From assembly GCA_040954595.2 (NCBI GenBank), contig CM082593.2, positions 10,177,200 through 10,241,199 on the forward strand: 64,000 nucleotides of DNA, written 5' to 3'. This document shows, one piece after another, positions 37,273 to 48,900 of the stretch. Below the pieces are notes generated by a model. It saw only the letters and a list, made by a program, of their open reading frames with translations, had not been told where the DNA came from and searched no databases. The position numbers and the translations under genes are program-made. This DNA comes from Balanoglossus misakiensis (Eukaryota > Animalia > Hemichordata). The first letter of the stretch is position 1; every line of letters starts with the position of its first letter.

Positions 37273-37817
37273 GGGTAAGCCTAATTCAAGATTCACGTTT
37301 CAAGATTCACGTTTCATGTTCCACAGCCCAAGATTCATATTCTGATTCAGATTCCAGTCTTGTCTAATATGTTTATGCTGCCGTAACCAGGGGTGTGAAC
37401 GATTGTTTATTGTCCTCGATCCCCGCCCAAGCAAGGTTCCCCAAATATTCTGTTCGATTATCGCATGACGTCATTGTCGGGTATCTCGTCAAGTTCAGTT
37501 TCAACAACATTTTTCAAAGAGAGATGCACCCTATTTATTATTTTCTAACACATGAATGACCCTAGGCCTGAGATCGCACCATGGCCGGCAATCTTGGTAT
37601 TCACAGATACTTTTAAGCGTAATTCTGATATAATTGATAGGTTTAGGTATATTTTACAACCGATAACTTAAGCAAAGGACTAATTCCTATATTCTGAATC
37701 AAGTGAAAGCAATGTAGATGGCGAAAGGATGTGACAAGACTCGAATCTGAATCAGAATATGAATCTTGGGCTGTGGAACGTGAAACTTGAAACGTGAATC
37801 TTGAATTAGGCTTACCC
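37273..37817. mobile_element. Mutator-like MITE (duplicated copy)
   Basis: Same TIRs and TAATTTTTA flanks as 32076-32630. Confidence 0.8.
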
Positions 37818-38419
37818 TAATTTTTAATGGGTATATTCTTAATAACTCATCACCATGAATGATCATTTCAAAACTTAACAAGGCATATGGCTAAAGAGGA
37901 TTCAGTGTTTGTGCACCTTCTATCTGCTATGCTGGATCTATTGACAGTTTTCAAAGGGGTTTAAAGACTCGTCTTTTTATTCAGTACTTTCTATTTCATT
38001 CCATTGCTTTTTTGGTTAATAGGGACTGTCTTTCAGAACTCTTTGGTTTGTTTCGTGTTTTTAAGTGTAATTTATTATCCTTTAAGCTTTCACTTGTTTT
38101 CTAATTTTATTATTTTCTGTAGAAAATGCACTGAGATGTATGTGTATTATGTTTGTCAGGAAATAAATAATAATAAAATTAAAAATAATAAACTATCTTT
38201 GATTTCAGATGTCAATGAATGTATGGAGAGAGCAGATCTTTGTGAGAGCAGATCTTTATCTCAAGGCGCCACAGAGGAATAAAGGTCCTTCTTTTGTTGC
38301 ATTTCGAATAGATTCGTGTAATTCACTTTTGTTTGGGCTCCCTAAGTACTAGATCAGCCGTATTCAAGTTCAAAATATTGCTGCTAGTTCCAAAATCACT
38401 GTTTACATCAATGCAATTT

Positions 38420-38580
38420 CAGTTCCATTGGTTACCTGTGTCTGATCGTATTGTTTTCAATATTTTATTTCTTATTTTTGAATTCATTCATAGACTTGGA
38501 CCATCATATCTGTCTGATATGATCAAATTATATGTTCCAAATCGAAACTTGAAGTCAGCTGATCAGCTCAAACTCTGTCC
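38420..38580 (+). mobile_element. CR1/L2-clade LINE ORF2 C-terminal fragment
   Basis: FHWLPVSDRIVFNILFLIFEFIHRLGPSYLSDMIKLYVPNRNLKS matches the LHWLPV..RI.FK...PSYL...Y.P.R.LRS motif. Confidence 0.75.
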
Positions 38581-41481
38581 TGTTCAGCCCAATGCAATGA
38601 TGACAACAACAATTGCTTGCCTTCAGACACAAATATTTATTGCATATATTATCAGCGAATAAAGGGAAATGGTTTTGAAGTTACAGTTGGCATTTTGCAT
38701 TTTCGAAATGTCTACTTATATCCCAGGCCACGATACGGAGAAAAAAATAAAAATACACCAGCTGAGCTCCTCACACGTACATAGTCATGTATGGTAAACC
38801 TGGCATTCTGTCCATATGGGACCTACATTTGTAGGCGATTGATCGATGTTGTGTCGAAATCAGGCCAGTAATTAAGTTAAAACTTGGTTAATACGTTACC
38901 TTAGGGTGTTATACATTATCCAGTAACTGTTTTACTTAAGAATTGCCTTTCAAAAGCTGTTTACCCACGGTAAACGTATCGTTTCACGATCAACGCAACA
39001 CTTCTGTATTTACAAGTCTAACATGGAGCCGGAGAGGTCAACGTATACTTCCGGGTCATATCGTCGAACGACATTGATTATTTTTAAGCGGACTGTTACA
39101 CAAGCATTTCGAATTAATTTCTTTTCACGGATGTTCGGACCGATATTAGACCTCTCTGTCAGGAAAGTTTGGTTAACTTCCGAGGTCGTTTTCAATGATT
39201 TTTGAAACGTTTGTGGACGTCTCTTTAGGGGTCACCAACATACCACCGAAAACACGTTAAAAACTTCTACTACTATTAAGGACAGATTTTCATAAAATTT
39301 ACGTCTGCAGTGAAAAATGGGAATCACTTTCGTAATTTATCCAGCTAACATGGTTTTTTATTGCACAACAGAGTTGCAGACCAGGATTTAAGTTGCACAG
39401 AAATCAACATACATGTGTTGGTGAGTATCTACAATTTGGAGAGAAAGTAAGATGTATGGGTTTGTACAATGTAAGTGTCTTATACATGTATATTTGACAC
39501 TGAAATCATATATTGTACAATCAGTCATTGGTAAATGTCTGCTATTCATGACACAAATAAAAAAACAGTCAAACCTGTGTGAGTGGCCACCTCTATTAGG
39601 CAGCCACCTCTATATAGTGGCCACTTTATTCTAGTCCCTATGCAATTTACATCTACATTAATTGACTTTTCTACAAGGTATAATTTCTACAAGGTATAAT
39701 GGCCACCTATCTATAAAGGCCAGTTTAGAAAAGTCCCTTCACTAGCCACAATAGACACTTGTGTTGATTTCTGTATGTTTTACGTGTAACACAATCAGGA
39801 CATTTTTCATAAAGAGGGCAGCCTTCCAAAATAAAGTGTCATCTCAATGCAGACAATGTGAAAAAGGCGGTCAGTAGAGTACTGCTCGAGCTCATCTAGT
39901 TTGTTGTATACATGATACATGTACAAGTTGTGTGTAAAACTGACCTTACAATAAAATGTGGCTGTCCAAGTACATAAGTTTCAACTATAGTGTTGATACA
40001 AAAGACAATCAAGTTTTTACTTTGTGACCAACTTGCCTCGTGTTCGTGTCGTGGAAGGGTAACATGACTGCATAGCAATGTTTTATTAAAATTTTGTACA
40101 TAGAGAAATGGACTACTGGGAACTATGTAAATGATGCCCTGAGCCTAAAAATTCTGACTGTCTGCAATTATAGTTTTAGCATTTTTGTTCAATTGCACTT
40201 TCAAGTACAGTCAAACCCGTCTAACACCAAAGGGACTGAAGAAATTGTTCAGATTGCAGGTGTCCAATTTAAAGAGGTTCTTTCAACATGTGGTTCTATG
40301 TCAAAAGGTTTGAACAATGTCTTTGAAATAGACATGTTTCTAGATTAGACAGGGTTCGGTTGAGACAGGTTTTACTGTATTTTGATACATGCTCTGGCTT
40401 AACCCTTTCACCAACATGGTTCAGTCTAAACCCTTTATTTTCTATGGTAAGGCTGGATCTTTAAAGAGGAAACTGTTTTTTTTCTGGGAATCTCTTTATT
40501 TCTTCTGTCACAAAAATTGCATGGGAGTTCTAATTCTAAAAGGAAAACTGATTTCATAAAAGATCTCAAAGTCAAGTTTTGGATGTGGCTCCATTTCAAG
40601 TATTGTAGGTGACTAGTTTTCCGGAGTTCAAGTCTTTATACTTGCAGTAGAGTTGGTCACATGTACTTGGGTAATCTGAGTGTGGTCAGAAATTGAACTT
40701 ACACACATTGAGTTGAGTTAAGAATATGTCTGGTGTATTACTGTAATATGACTAGATACAGCAAATGCATTAACTATAAGCGTATGTTAAAATACACAGT
40801 TTCCATGGACAAATCTGAGTGATGAAATTAAATACACATGTTCATTAAATCCCACCATGATAGAGCGCCCCCACTGTTCAGAATGTCCATTTTGAAGTCC
40901 TACATATATGATGTCATGCCTAGCTGTCAATGTTAACTGATGTGTACTTGTACTACTAGTAAATGGAAGTACTTTAAAGTAAAGCTCAGATGCAAGGTTT
41001 TGTAAAATAAATATAATATTAAAACATTGCCATCATTTTAGCCATTTTGAACAGCGGTCCAATTGACTAATGTGATCACTCTGTATGCGGCATATGGCAT
41101 ATTAAGCATTTAGTATTTTTCAATCAGAAGCCGTTAATCCTGTGATTAATTCTGCTTCTTGCAGCATTGATTTTAAATCACCACACATGAATAATTTTGT
41201 CCAAAGGACTGCAGTGCCCAAGTGTTTATGATAAGATAAACAAACGGTGAAATTCACTGAAGAAGTGAGCGAGCACTTGCCCATTCATTGTTCAATGAAA
41301 GGTGACCACCAAAACAAAAGTATTGAGAAAATAACCCGAAGTTGGAGTTACTGAGTTTTAAATTGATTTCAAGTGAAAAGCTTGGATTGGCTGAAGCTCC
41401 TGTAGTCAGTTACCTGTAGGTAGATTGACACACATGACAATGTTTGACTGTTTACACTTTTCTTTGTTTGATCTTTCATAG

Positions 41482-41726
41482 GAATATTCAAGCACTGCAG
41501 AAGAATCTAGAGATGGCACAGAAAAAAAGAACTTGAATTGAAACGACAGCAAGATCAACATGCCAGACAAAGTCCACTCATAGCACTAAGACAACAACAT
41601 CAACAACAACAGCAATTACAAAGGTTACAACAACAGAGAGCCCAACAACAACAACAACAACAAGCAGTGCAAGCACAGCCATCCAATATACAATCAACAA
41701 ATCAACAACTAAGTCACCTCTTACAA
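41482..41726 (+). pseudogene. MED25: MED25 polyQ exon with LxxLL (NR-box-like) motif
   Basis: catag|G NIQALQKNLEMAQKK(+1 in A7)ELELKRQQDQ...QQQ...NQQLSHLLQ|gtaagt. Confidence 0.65.
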
Positions 41727-42029
41727 GTAAGTTGTCATAATAATGTGTACAGTGAATATTTTGAAAACCAAGACTGGTACCAGTGGCACTTCTGGGAATT
41801 GTTATGTGGGGAAAAATAAAATCAGTTTTCTCAAAAAGGAGCTTTCTTGATGGTACAAATAACATTGGTCCATTCCCAAAATTATTTTAATGTATTGAAG
41901 ACCTGAAAGTCACACAGAATAAATTCAATGCACTATTTGCCCAACATGACAACTTTTCCCCACACAGATTTAGACGTGGTGGGTATGGCCGATTTGCCTC
42001 AAATCGGCCATACACACCACATCTATTAA

Positions 42030-43527
42030 CACTTTCACTGCGTAGTTAATATATGCTAATGTATTCCTGTGCGTAGTTTCCTATGGTAAATTTAACTAAT
42101 AAACAATGTTTTACTTTACCCTCTCTATCTCTTGTAATATGAAAGTATATGCAATGATATTTCCAGCAAGTATATTTTATAAGACAACCAACATAATAAA
42201 ACTGAAAAATGGTCACATGACCATTAATTGGTCATGTGACACTGGCAGCCATAATGGATTTCTGTCGAAATATGGTAAAAACAACAGATATTGTAATATA
42301 AGTGACTGAAATACTGTATTTAATTCATTGTATCACAGCTGACAGACAAACATAGTCAAAAACAACTTCCCCCTGTATAAAAGGGAATAACAAGTGACTT
42401 TTGAGCAAGAAATTTGATCAAATTTATTAATGGACCATAAAAACAATTATCAAATCATGCCCACCATTTACATGTATACATGTTTAAAATCTGAGAAAGA
42501 AATATAGATTATTAGTGAAAAGGTGAATGATTGAACTTGTAAATAAATAATAATAATAAAATAAATTAATTAAGTAATTTATTAAATACTCTACGTTTTA
42601 ATGAATTGCAAGTTGAAGAAATCAAGGTTGGTAAATATGAATATACACACATTTAAAAAAAATTCATTAGCATAGTACTGTTTTGGCAATTCATTTCAAA
42701 TGGATATAATACTCTGACAACATAGACTTCTGGCAAAGTCCCATCAAGATTTGCAAAGAAACCTACGCCTTCATTTAATTCAGTGAAGTAGGCATCTAGC
42801 GAAATCTTGACCGTAAGGGCAACTCATCAATTGCAGGGTTGTCAAAAAATTGTGCGGTGTACATATCAGTTTGCTCTGACAATGACATCAACTCAAACAC
42901 ATCACCAGGAAAGAACAGCTGAAAAAAGTCAACCGGTGCAAAGTCATCAGTGTCAACTAATAAACCTTGGCGACGATCGTATACAGACAACCAGTCCGGT
43001 GTGTAATTGTCATTTACGTCATACAAAACCCACCGCGTGTCACCATCAACGTTACGACGTCCGAGAACATGACAAAAACCCTCCCTCTCTCTCTGTCTCT
43101 ACTCTGTTGTCTCCGTGTCTGGCTTCTATTTCTGGTTCTATGATGTTGTTGTCCGTAATTTGGCTTCCGCTATCGCTATGATCGCTGTCACTATCCTGAA
43201 AGACTTATTCAAGAACTTCGTCGGCATCAAACTTTGCCCATGTCGCCATTTTTAAATACCAAGTGAATGAAAAAATATGATCGGGGCGACCTAAAATCAG
43301 CTGTTTAAGGAAACCCTTTGATGACAAAATCGACTTGATTGTTTACAATACATATGCGCATGCTCAATTAGGGTTGACCCCTGTCCTATATATAGTCATA
43401 CAAAATGAGTAAATAAGCAACGAACATAAAATAGAACAGACCAAGTAACGGACGCGATCTTGGCGCATTTATGCGCCTCCCGCATTCTGACTGCCGGCGC
43501 AGAAAATGCCCTCCCGCAGCGAAAGTG
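42030..43527 (-). mobile_element. Internally deleted piggyBac element with transposase N-terminal relic (~43249-42712)
   Basis: TTAA|CACTTTCACTGCG...CGCAGCGAAAGTG|TTAA. The - strand reads acidic N-terminus, then PVDFFQLFFPGDVFELM..EQTDMY.AQFF...SLNEMKA..SLQILMGL (PGBD-type), with stops. Confidence 0.85.
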
Positions 43528-44676
43528 TTAATATTCATGAGTTTACTTTTCTTGTTTACGTACACTACTATAACAATTGGAAATCTAGAGAATGTCTATT
43601 TCATCAAGTTGACAACCCCCACATGTGTAAGTCATGTACATAAACAAAAATAGTCTGGTGTGTGGAGCCTCCTCCCTTTTTGAAATACTTTTTTATGCAA
43701 TCAGTCCAAACTCATGATCAGTCCAACCTGTTCAGTTTTAGTGTGGGGAAAAGCTGGAATGAAAGCAGACCTAAATTACAGACAACGAAATACAACAAAT
43801 CTTGTCTCATTCTTATTTTCAATTCCTCTAGTTTTTCCATGGTACCAGTGTGGAAGCACTGATGATAAACTGTGGCAGACAGTTTTAAATGACGACAATC
43901 ATCTTACTCTTATGTACATATGCGTTAATTTTGTGTGTACAAAATAACGTCCAATCCAAATATCTGCAAATTTTATGTGCGTGCATTCATATAGTGGACT
44001 GCCTTCGCTTCCTTCTATATTTCTTGCACGCCATATAAGAAGAATTTAGTTTTGACTCTTCTTTTCACTCAATTTGCTGTCTTTTCCTAATCTATGACAC
44101 AGACTATGGTTGCCGCCACCTTGTCTGTTGTTAAGACAGCACTTGTGGCATAGATAAAAAAATTATAACTAGAGTCTCTGCTTTGGCAAGTGTGCGTTAG
44201 ACGATCAATACCCTTTAACAAAACTCTGCTTAGAATTCAAATCATATTCTTTTCAAAATGTCAGCATCTGATTACATAGTGAATTAAAGCTGCAAGCAGT
44301 GTTCACTAGGCCCAAGCAATTCCCAGGGTTCCTACAGAATGCCAAGGATTATCTGCTGTGGATACCCACAATTTTGTCAAAAAGTTTTGATCCTAAACTG
44401 ATCTATGTCCTACAAAATCGAAACTTCTAGATCTATTGGTTAGCCTAGAATTAGGAGTGTACATAATTAATTAGGTCAACGGGGGTCCTGAAACTAACCA
44501 TCAAATTTTAGACACAGCTTAAATCAATTTCCCATTGTACAGTTACTATATGCCGCCCTAAATTTCAGTCTGATTGACAAATGTGAAGAAAATTAAAAAG
44601 AGATGTCGTCTGATACATTGCCATTTTCTGTGAAGTGACTTTAAAAGAAAACTGTTTTGTTTGTATTCAACTGCAG

Positions 44677-44949
44677 CAGCAACAACAAGCCAGCAGAACA
44701 CAAGCAACCATTCCACCACCAAAACAACAAACAGCAGCAACAAAACAAACATGGCAACAACAACAACAACAGCAGCAGTTATCACAACAACAACAACAAC
44801 AACAACAGCTGTAACTAGGACAACAGCCAAGGCCGCGACCAAAGGTACCTCAGATGGGCTTGGCACCCAGCTTGCAACAAACACAGCAACAATCAAGTAG
44901 TACTCTGCTGGCTGATGACCGGAGATTTTTTGATATTCTGAATCAATAA
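44677..44949 (+). pseudogene. MED25: MED25 terminal polyQ exon with premature TAA (44812)
   Basis: QQQQASRTQ...QQL*LGQQPRPRP...SSTLLADDRRFFDILNQ*. The end resembles the acidic/hydrophobic MED25 C-terminus. Confidence 0.6.
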
Positions 44950-45662
44950 ATTTATACAGGAAACTGACTATAATGAACAGGAGACTGTTCATGCCTTTAT
45001 TACCATTGTAACTTCTATATACTAAATGAAACACAGATGCCCAAAGAAATGTCAAAAATTTCTCAAGGTATGCGGGAATTTTCAAATATTCCAGACAGTC
45101 GAGTGTTGGGGATTTGGAATATTTATCACTCTCATTTACTGTATACAGACATATCCATTCCAAAGCTATCACCTCCACTCATTCTTCAGTGTTCCTTGAT
45201 TTAAAAAAAAATAATTTCGAAACAGATCAAATAACACGAAATTGTTATTCCAGTGTAGTAACAGAATATACTCGGTCTGTACTAATTCTTGCATTAGCTT
45301 TACATTGTTTCCATCACAATGCCCTATTTCAATATAACCATATTTGTATGCCGGGCGGATGTAACTAGTTGTCAGTGTCTATTGTAATACAAAGTCTGCC
45401 ATACACAAAGCAACTGTGCATTGTCTTCTGGTGTGAAAAAAAGATACTTAGGATGTATGTAAAATGGGAAATTTTCATGAGAGATAAATTCGCCCGAATC
45501 ATGCAAGTGCTAAAAAACACGAAAACTAAAAAGTCGCGTAAACATGTTTTTCAGAAATAATGATGAATTGAAATTCGAGAATGCGATAATTAATCGTTGC
45601 ATAACAGTTGCCACATTTGATATTATGAAAATTTCCCGTTGCGAAAATTTCATGTTTTACAG

Positions 45663-46035
45663 TATATAGCCATATTTTTTCCACTTCCAAAACTAACATC
45701 AAGAGTCATGCATGCCACTGGCCCAATAAAGCCTGATAGCTCTTGCTGGGAATTGTGATGTAACTAGCATCCCCCTTAAAGTCACTGACATTAACTGAAC
45801 AATGGCGATTGTGTGTAAGGTTATAGTAAAGGCAAGGCTAATTTAAATTTAAAATGGTACCAATCCTTAATCACACATATGTATCCTTTGACCAATCATT
45901 GGAAAAACAAAGTCCGTGATTGACTTCAAAGGGATGCTAATTACATCACGATTCCCTGCAAGGGATATTATGCTTTATTTGGCCAGTGGCATGCATAGTT
46001 TTTTTAAAGCAAAGCAGATAAAATACAGCTATATA
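45663..46035. mobile_element. Degenerate foldback MITE
   Basis: TATATAGC...CATGCCACTGGCCCAATAAAGC...GATGTAACTAGCATCCC versus GGGATGCTAATTACATC...GCTTTATTTGGCCAGTGGCATG...GCTATATA. Confidence 0.6.
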
Positions 46036-48069
46036 CTAGACTAATACCTTATTAACTCCTGATCATTGGAGAATGTATCTCTAAAGTTACTCTCTATCGC
46101 TCCCTCAGGGAAGAGAGCAGTAGACAGCTCTTTGAGTGTCAGAACTTCCAGTTGTATACCAATCATTTGTATTACCCAATCACAGACTTTGTGTTATTGG
46201 TCATTTATCTATCCAATTGAAACTCATGTGTTCATTGGAGCATTACACCAAAGAAGTCACACTATAACAGTGACAATACAACACTTGCAAAAACATGGAT
46301 TGCTCAGGTCAGCCTATCTGGTTCCAGATTATCTGTGACCCAACTAATGCAGCTATAATGAATGTGTTTGGTTATATACAGAGATTTGTAGATTGTATAA
46401 GACGTGTTAATATCACACTCTAGCATGGGGCAATGTATATTTATCTTGTGAAAGCCACAAAGTCACTAGCTCTTGATGTTCATTTTCTATTTTTGTTGTT
46501 GAATAATTTATTATGAAATTAGATTGAAGCTGAACTCACGACATATGTGTGGACATAACACGTTTATACGTCCATGTCATAATTTTTGTTAAAGCCAAAC
46601 AATTAAATATCACCATTATAACAAAATTAACAACAATGTAACCCCGGGGCTGTCACTTTTTTGAATGGATACCGATCCAGAGTTAATGTTTCATTGGAAA
46701 GTCTAACAGTGTTTTGAAATGTCACATTGTAATTTGAAAGTTTGGGCTTGGGCAGTGACAATGACATTGTTTGTGTACACAATTTGAAATGGAGCTCTAT
46801 GAAAAGAGAAAAGTGGTTTGTGGAAAAGAATGAAGTCTTTGGGCTTATATCAGGTGCCTTCATTTGACTCTCAAGGAGAGTTTTGTAAAACAATTAACTT
46901 GTTGTGTGTCAGCATTATTGGGAAAGATTAAGCACACACATGTATACAGGTTAGATTATAATGGAAAATCACCATCAGCCTTTTTTCTTAGCACTCTCAC
47001 CTTTCACCCCCAGTTCCCTGTGTAGACATCCAACTTTTCCAACAGAAACAATGGATTTGGACAGAACCATTAGTTCATTTGAATACCGGTATGTATGTAA
47101 TATGTGTATTTATAACATACATCATGCTAACACTGTGTCATGATTCACCAGAATCCGTCACGTGATAAGAAAATAGAATCGACTATGAATCCTCTAGGGA
47201 AATAGCAGAAAATATATAAACTGGTCACGTGACCAACAGGATATAAAAGAATCCCATGCATATACTTTGTCAGTTCACCTCTGTAGCCAGACTGGCCATA
47301 CGTATGAACTGATGATGTCCCTGTTATAGGCATATGTCTTGTGAAACATATAAACCACTTTGGTGTGTTTTGTGTTTGGTGAACAGCGTGACAAGCATGT
47401 TAGAATCAAACTATTACATGCATGTTAAGAAATATAGTCTGTTATATGGAAGTGACCATAGTTGCCATATTATTAAAATCACATTTTTAATATCAATATT
47501 CACATGTCATTGCTTTCTACGTTTCTTGAATTTCCTATCATTTTATGTTAACAAAAACAAGAGCCTTCTGTGACAACTTTCGAAAATATTTCATGTAATC
47601 AGCCATTCATTTTATGTGTGTGTGAATAATGACCCCATGAGGCTGTAGAATCATGTATAGTGCTGAAGGGGACGCCATCCATAGCTTTCATATTGCATAA
47701 GATGCTAAGTTGGTATTTTCCACATATTGCTTTTTTGTACTGAGAGTTCTGTATGTTACGCAGTCCTTAAGAAGAGCTTTTGACAAACATTTCATTGTAC
47801 TTTCAAGACTGCTACAGTATTTAGATATTATATGCAGTATTAGGAAGAAATATCTTTAATATTTTTATTCTAACAATTTTCCCATCATGCTAAACAAGTA
47901 GACAGAAATGTCATGTTAGGATTTTTGCATACATAAAATAAATATTCTGACAAAATAAGTGCTTTTGTCTGTCTCTTTGATTTCAGGTGAGGATCAGTAT
48001 TTGTTGTTGCTTTTTCCAGCGTAGATTCCAATCAGAAGACAATTGTGATGAACAGTATGTTCTGTTTGA

Positions 48070-48900
48070 TTGGGACCTTATGAGATTGGTTGCATCTGTA
48101 TGGATGTATGGGTGTATGTCCGTCCACATCAAAAACTTGAAAACCGCTGCGCGTACAACCTCGATATTTGTTGTGTAGATGCATACCGGGCTGTAGATGG
48201 GAGTTTGTTCAAACAAAGTTGTCATTGCCCAAAATATGTAAATTATCAGGGAAAAACCTAAATTTGGTCAAAACTCAGAAAATCAACAACCACTGGTCAT
48301 AATGATTCTGTATGTTTTGAGCTAATACTGTGAATTTTCCATTTTTTATGCATATTTTGTCTTTTTCCACATATTTGGTAATAAAACCTACTTTCTGGAA
48401 TTAATCAGCCCACCGCTTTGAAATTTAGTATGGAGCTTCATATAGGTGATCTGAGATACTAAAGTTTTGTTTAAATTGCTGCAAAATTTGCATAATTATA
48501 ATTTTGGAGCAATTTTTACATTTTTGATCATTTTTTTCCTGTAAAACCGCTCGTAAGATCGCTTTGGAAATTTGCATGCATGTTCAAATCAACTTGAAGA
48601 ATTCAATAGTATATTTTTGTGGTGATTTTAACCATTTTTGTTCAAAATTCATTCTCAGAACCCTCTACTCCATTGCTTTCAAATTTGATTTAAAGGTTCC
48701 TTCCTGAGTTGTCATGATAATTTACAAAACCAATGATGAAAGTGTCAATCTTTTGTGTGGGCAATATCTTGTATTTTGGGGGCATATTTTCCAATTTTGA
48801 AAAATTATATTTCCCAGAAAGTGTAAGGCTGATTACTTTAAAATTTAAGTTAATAGGATTGGCTTATTTAGAATTATAATGGAATCAAATTATAGGTAAT
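48070..48900 (+). mobile_element. HINE-like dispersed repeat (same family as 2797-3690)
   Basis: Collinear similarity to 2825-3690 (GGTTGCATCTGTATGGATGTATG...CACATCAAAAACTTGAAAACCGCTG...ATAGGTAAT). Confidence 0.7.

Larger units (their letters stand above)
36371..40160 (+). repeat. Second copy of the EGF block (EGF exon 36483-36605 open; 38209-38246 and ~39372-39420 truncated)
   Basis: 36371-38246 matches 31173-33058 and ~39372-40160 matches ~34963-35850. Exon reads DMNECHSGGNACQHYCQNTHGSYCCACRQGFNVLEDGHACA. Confidence 0.88.
7700..44949 (+). pseudogene. MED25: MED25-like (Mediator subunit 25) pseudogene, partly tandem-duplicated, ACID domain not found
   Basis: GT-AG exons: 7700-7798 (GAGEKYGMISEGLSTALQLFDDMKRLR), 9881-10000 and 25206-25326 (QK.CILICNSPP.PLP..SINYSGFT), 21549-21702 and 25766-25914 (RGVHFSIISPRKLPEL...DPHHMILLKG). 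These match MED25 VWA motifs as recalled (IAEGLSTALQLFDD, ICNSPPY, RGIHFSIVSPRKLP, DPRHMVLVRG). Later exons are S/T/Q-rich, then polyQ with LSHLL. Multiple stops and frameshifts. Confidence 0.85.

Noticed and set aside
44558-45178. 206-aa Val-rich ORF on - and Thr-rich ORF on +
   Set aside because: These are alternative-frame and antisense readings of the CAA/CAG polyQ exon.
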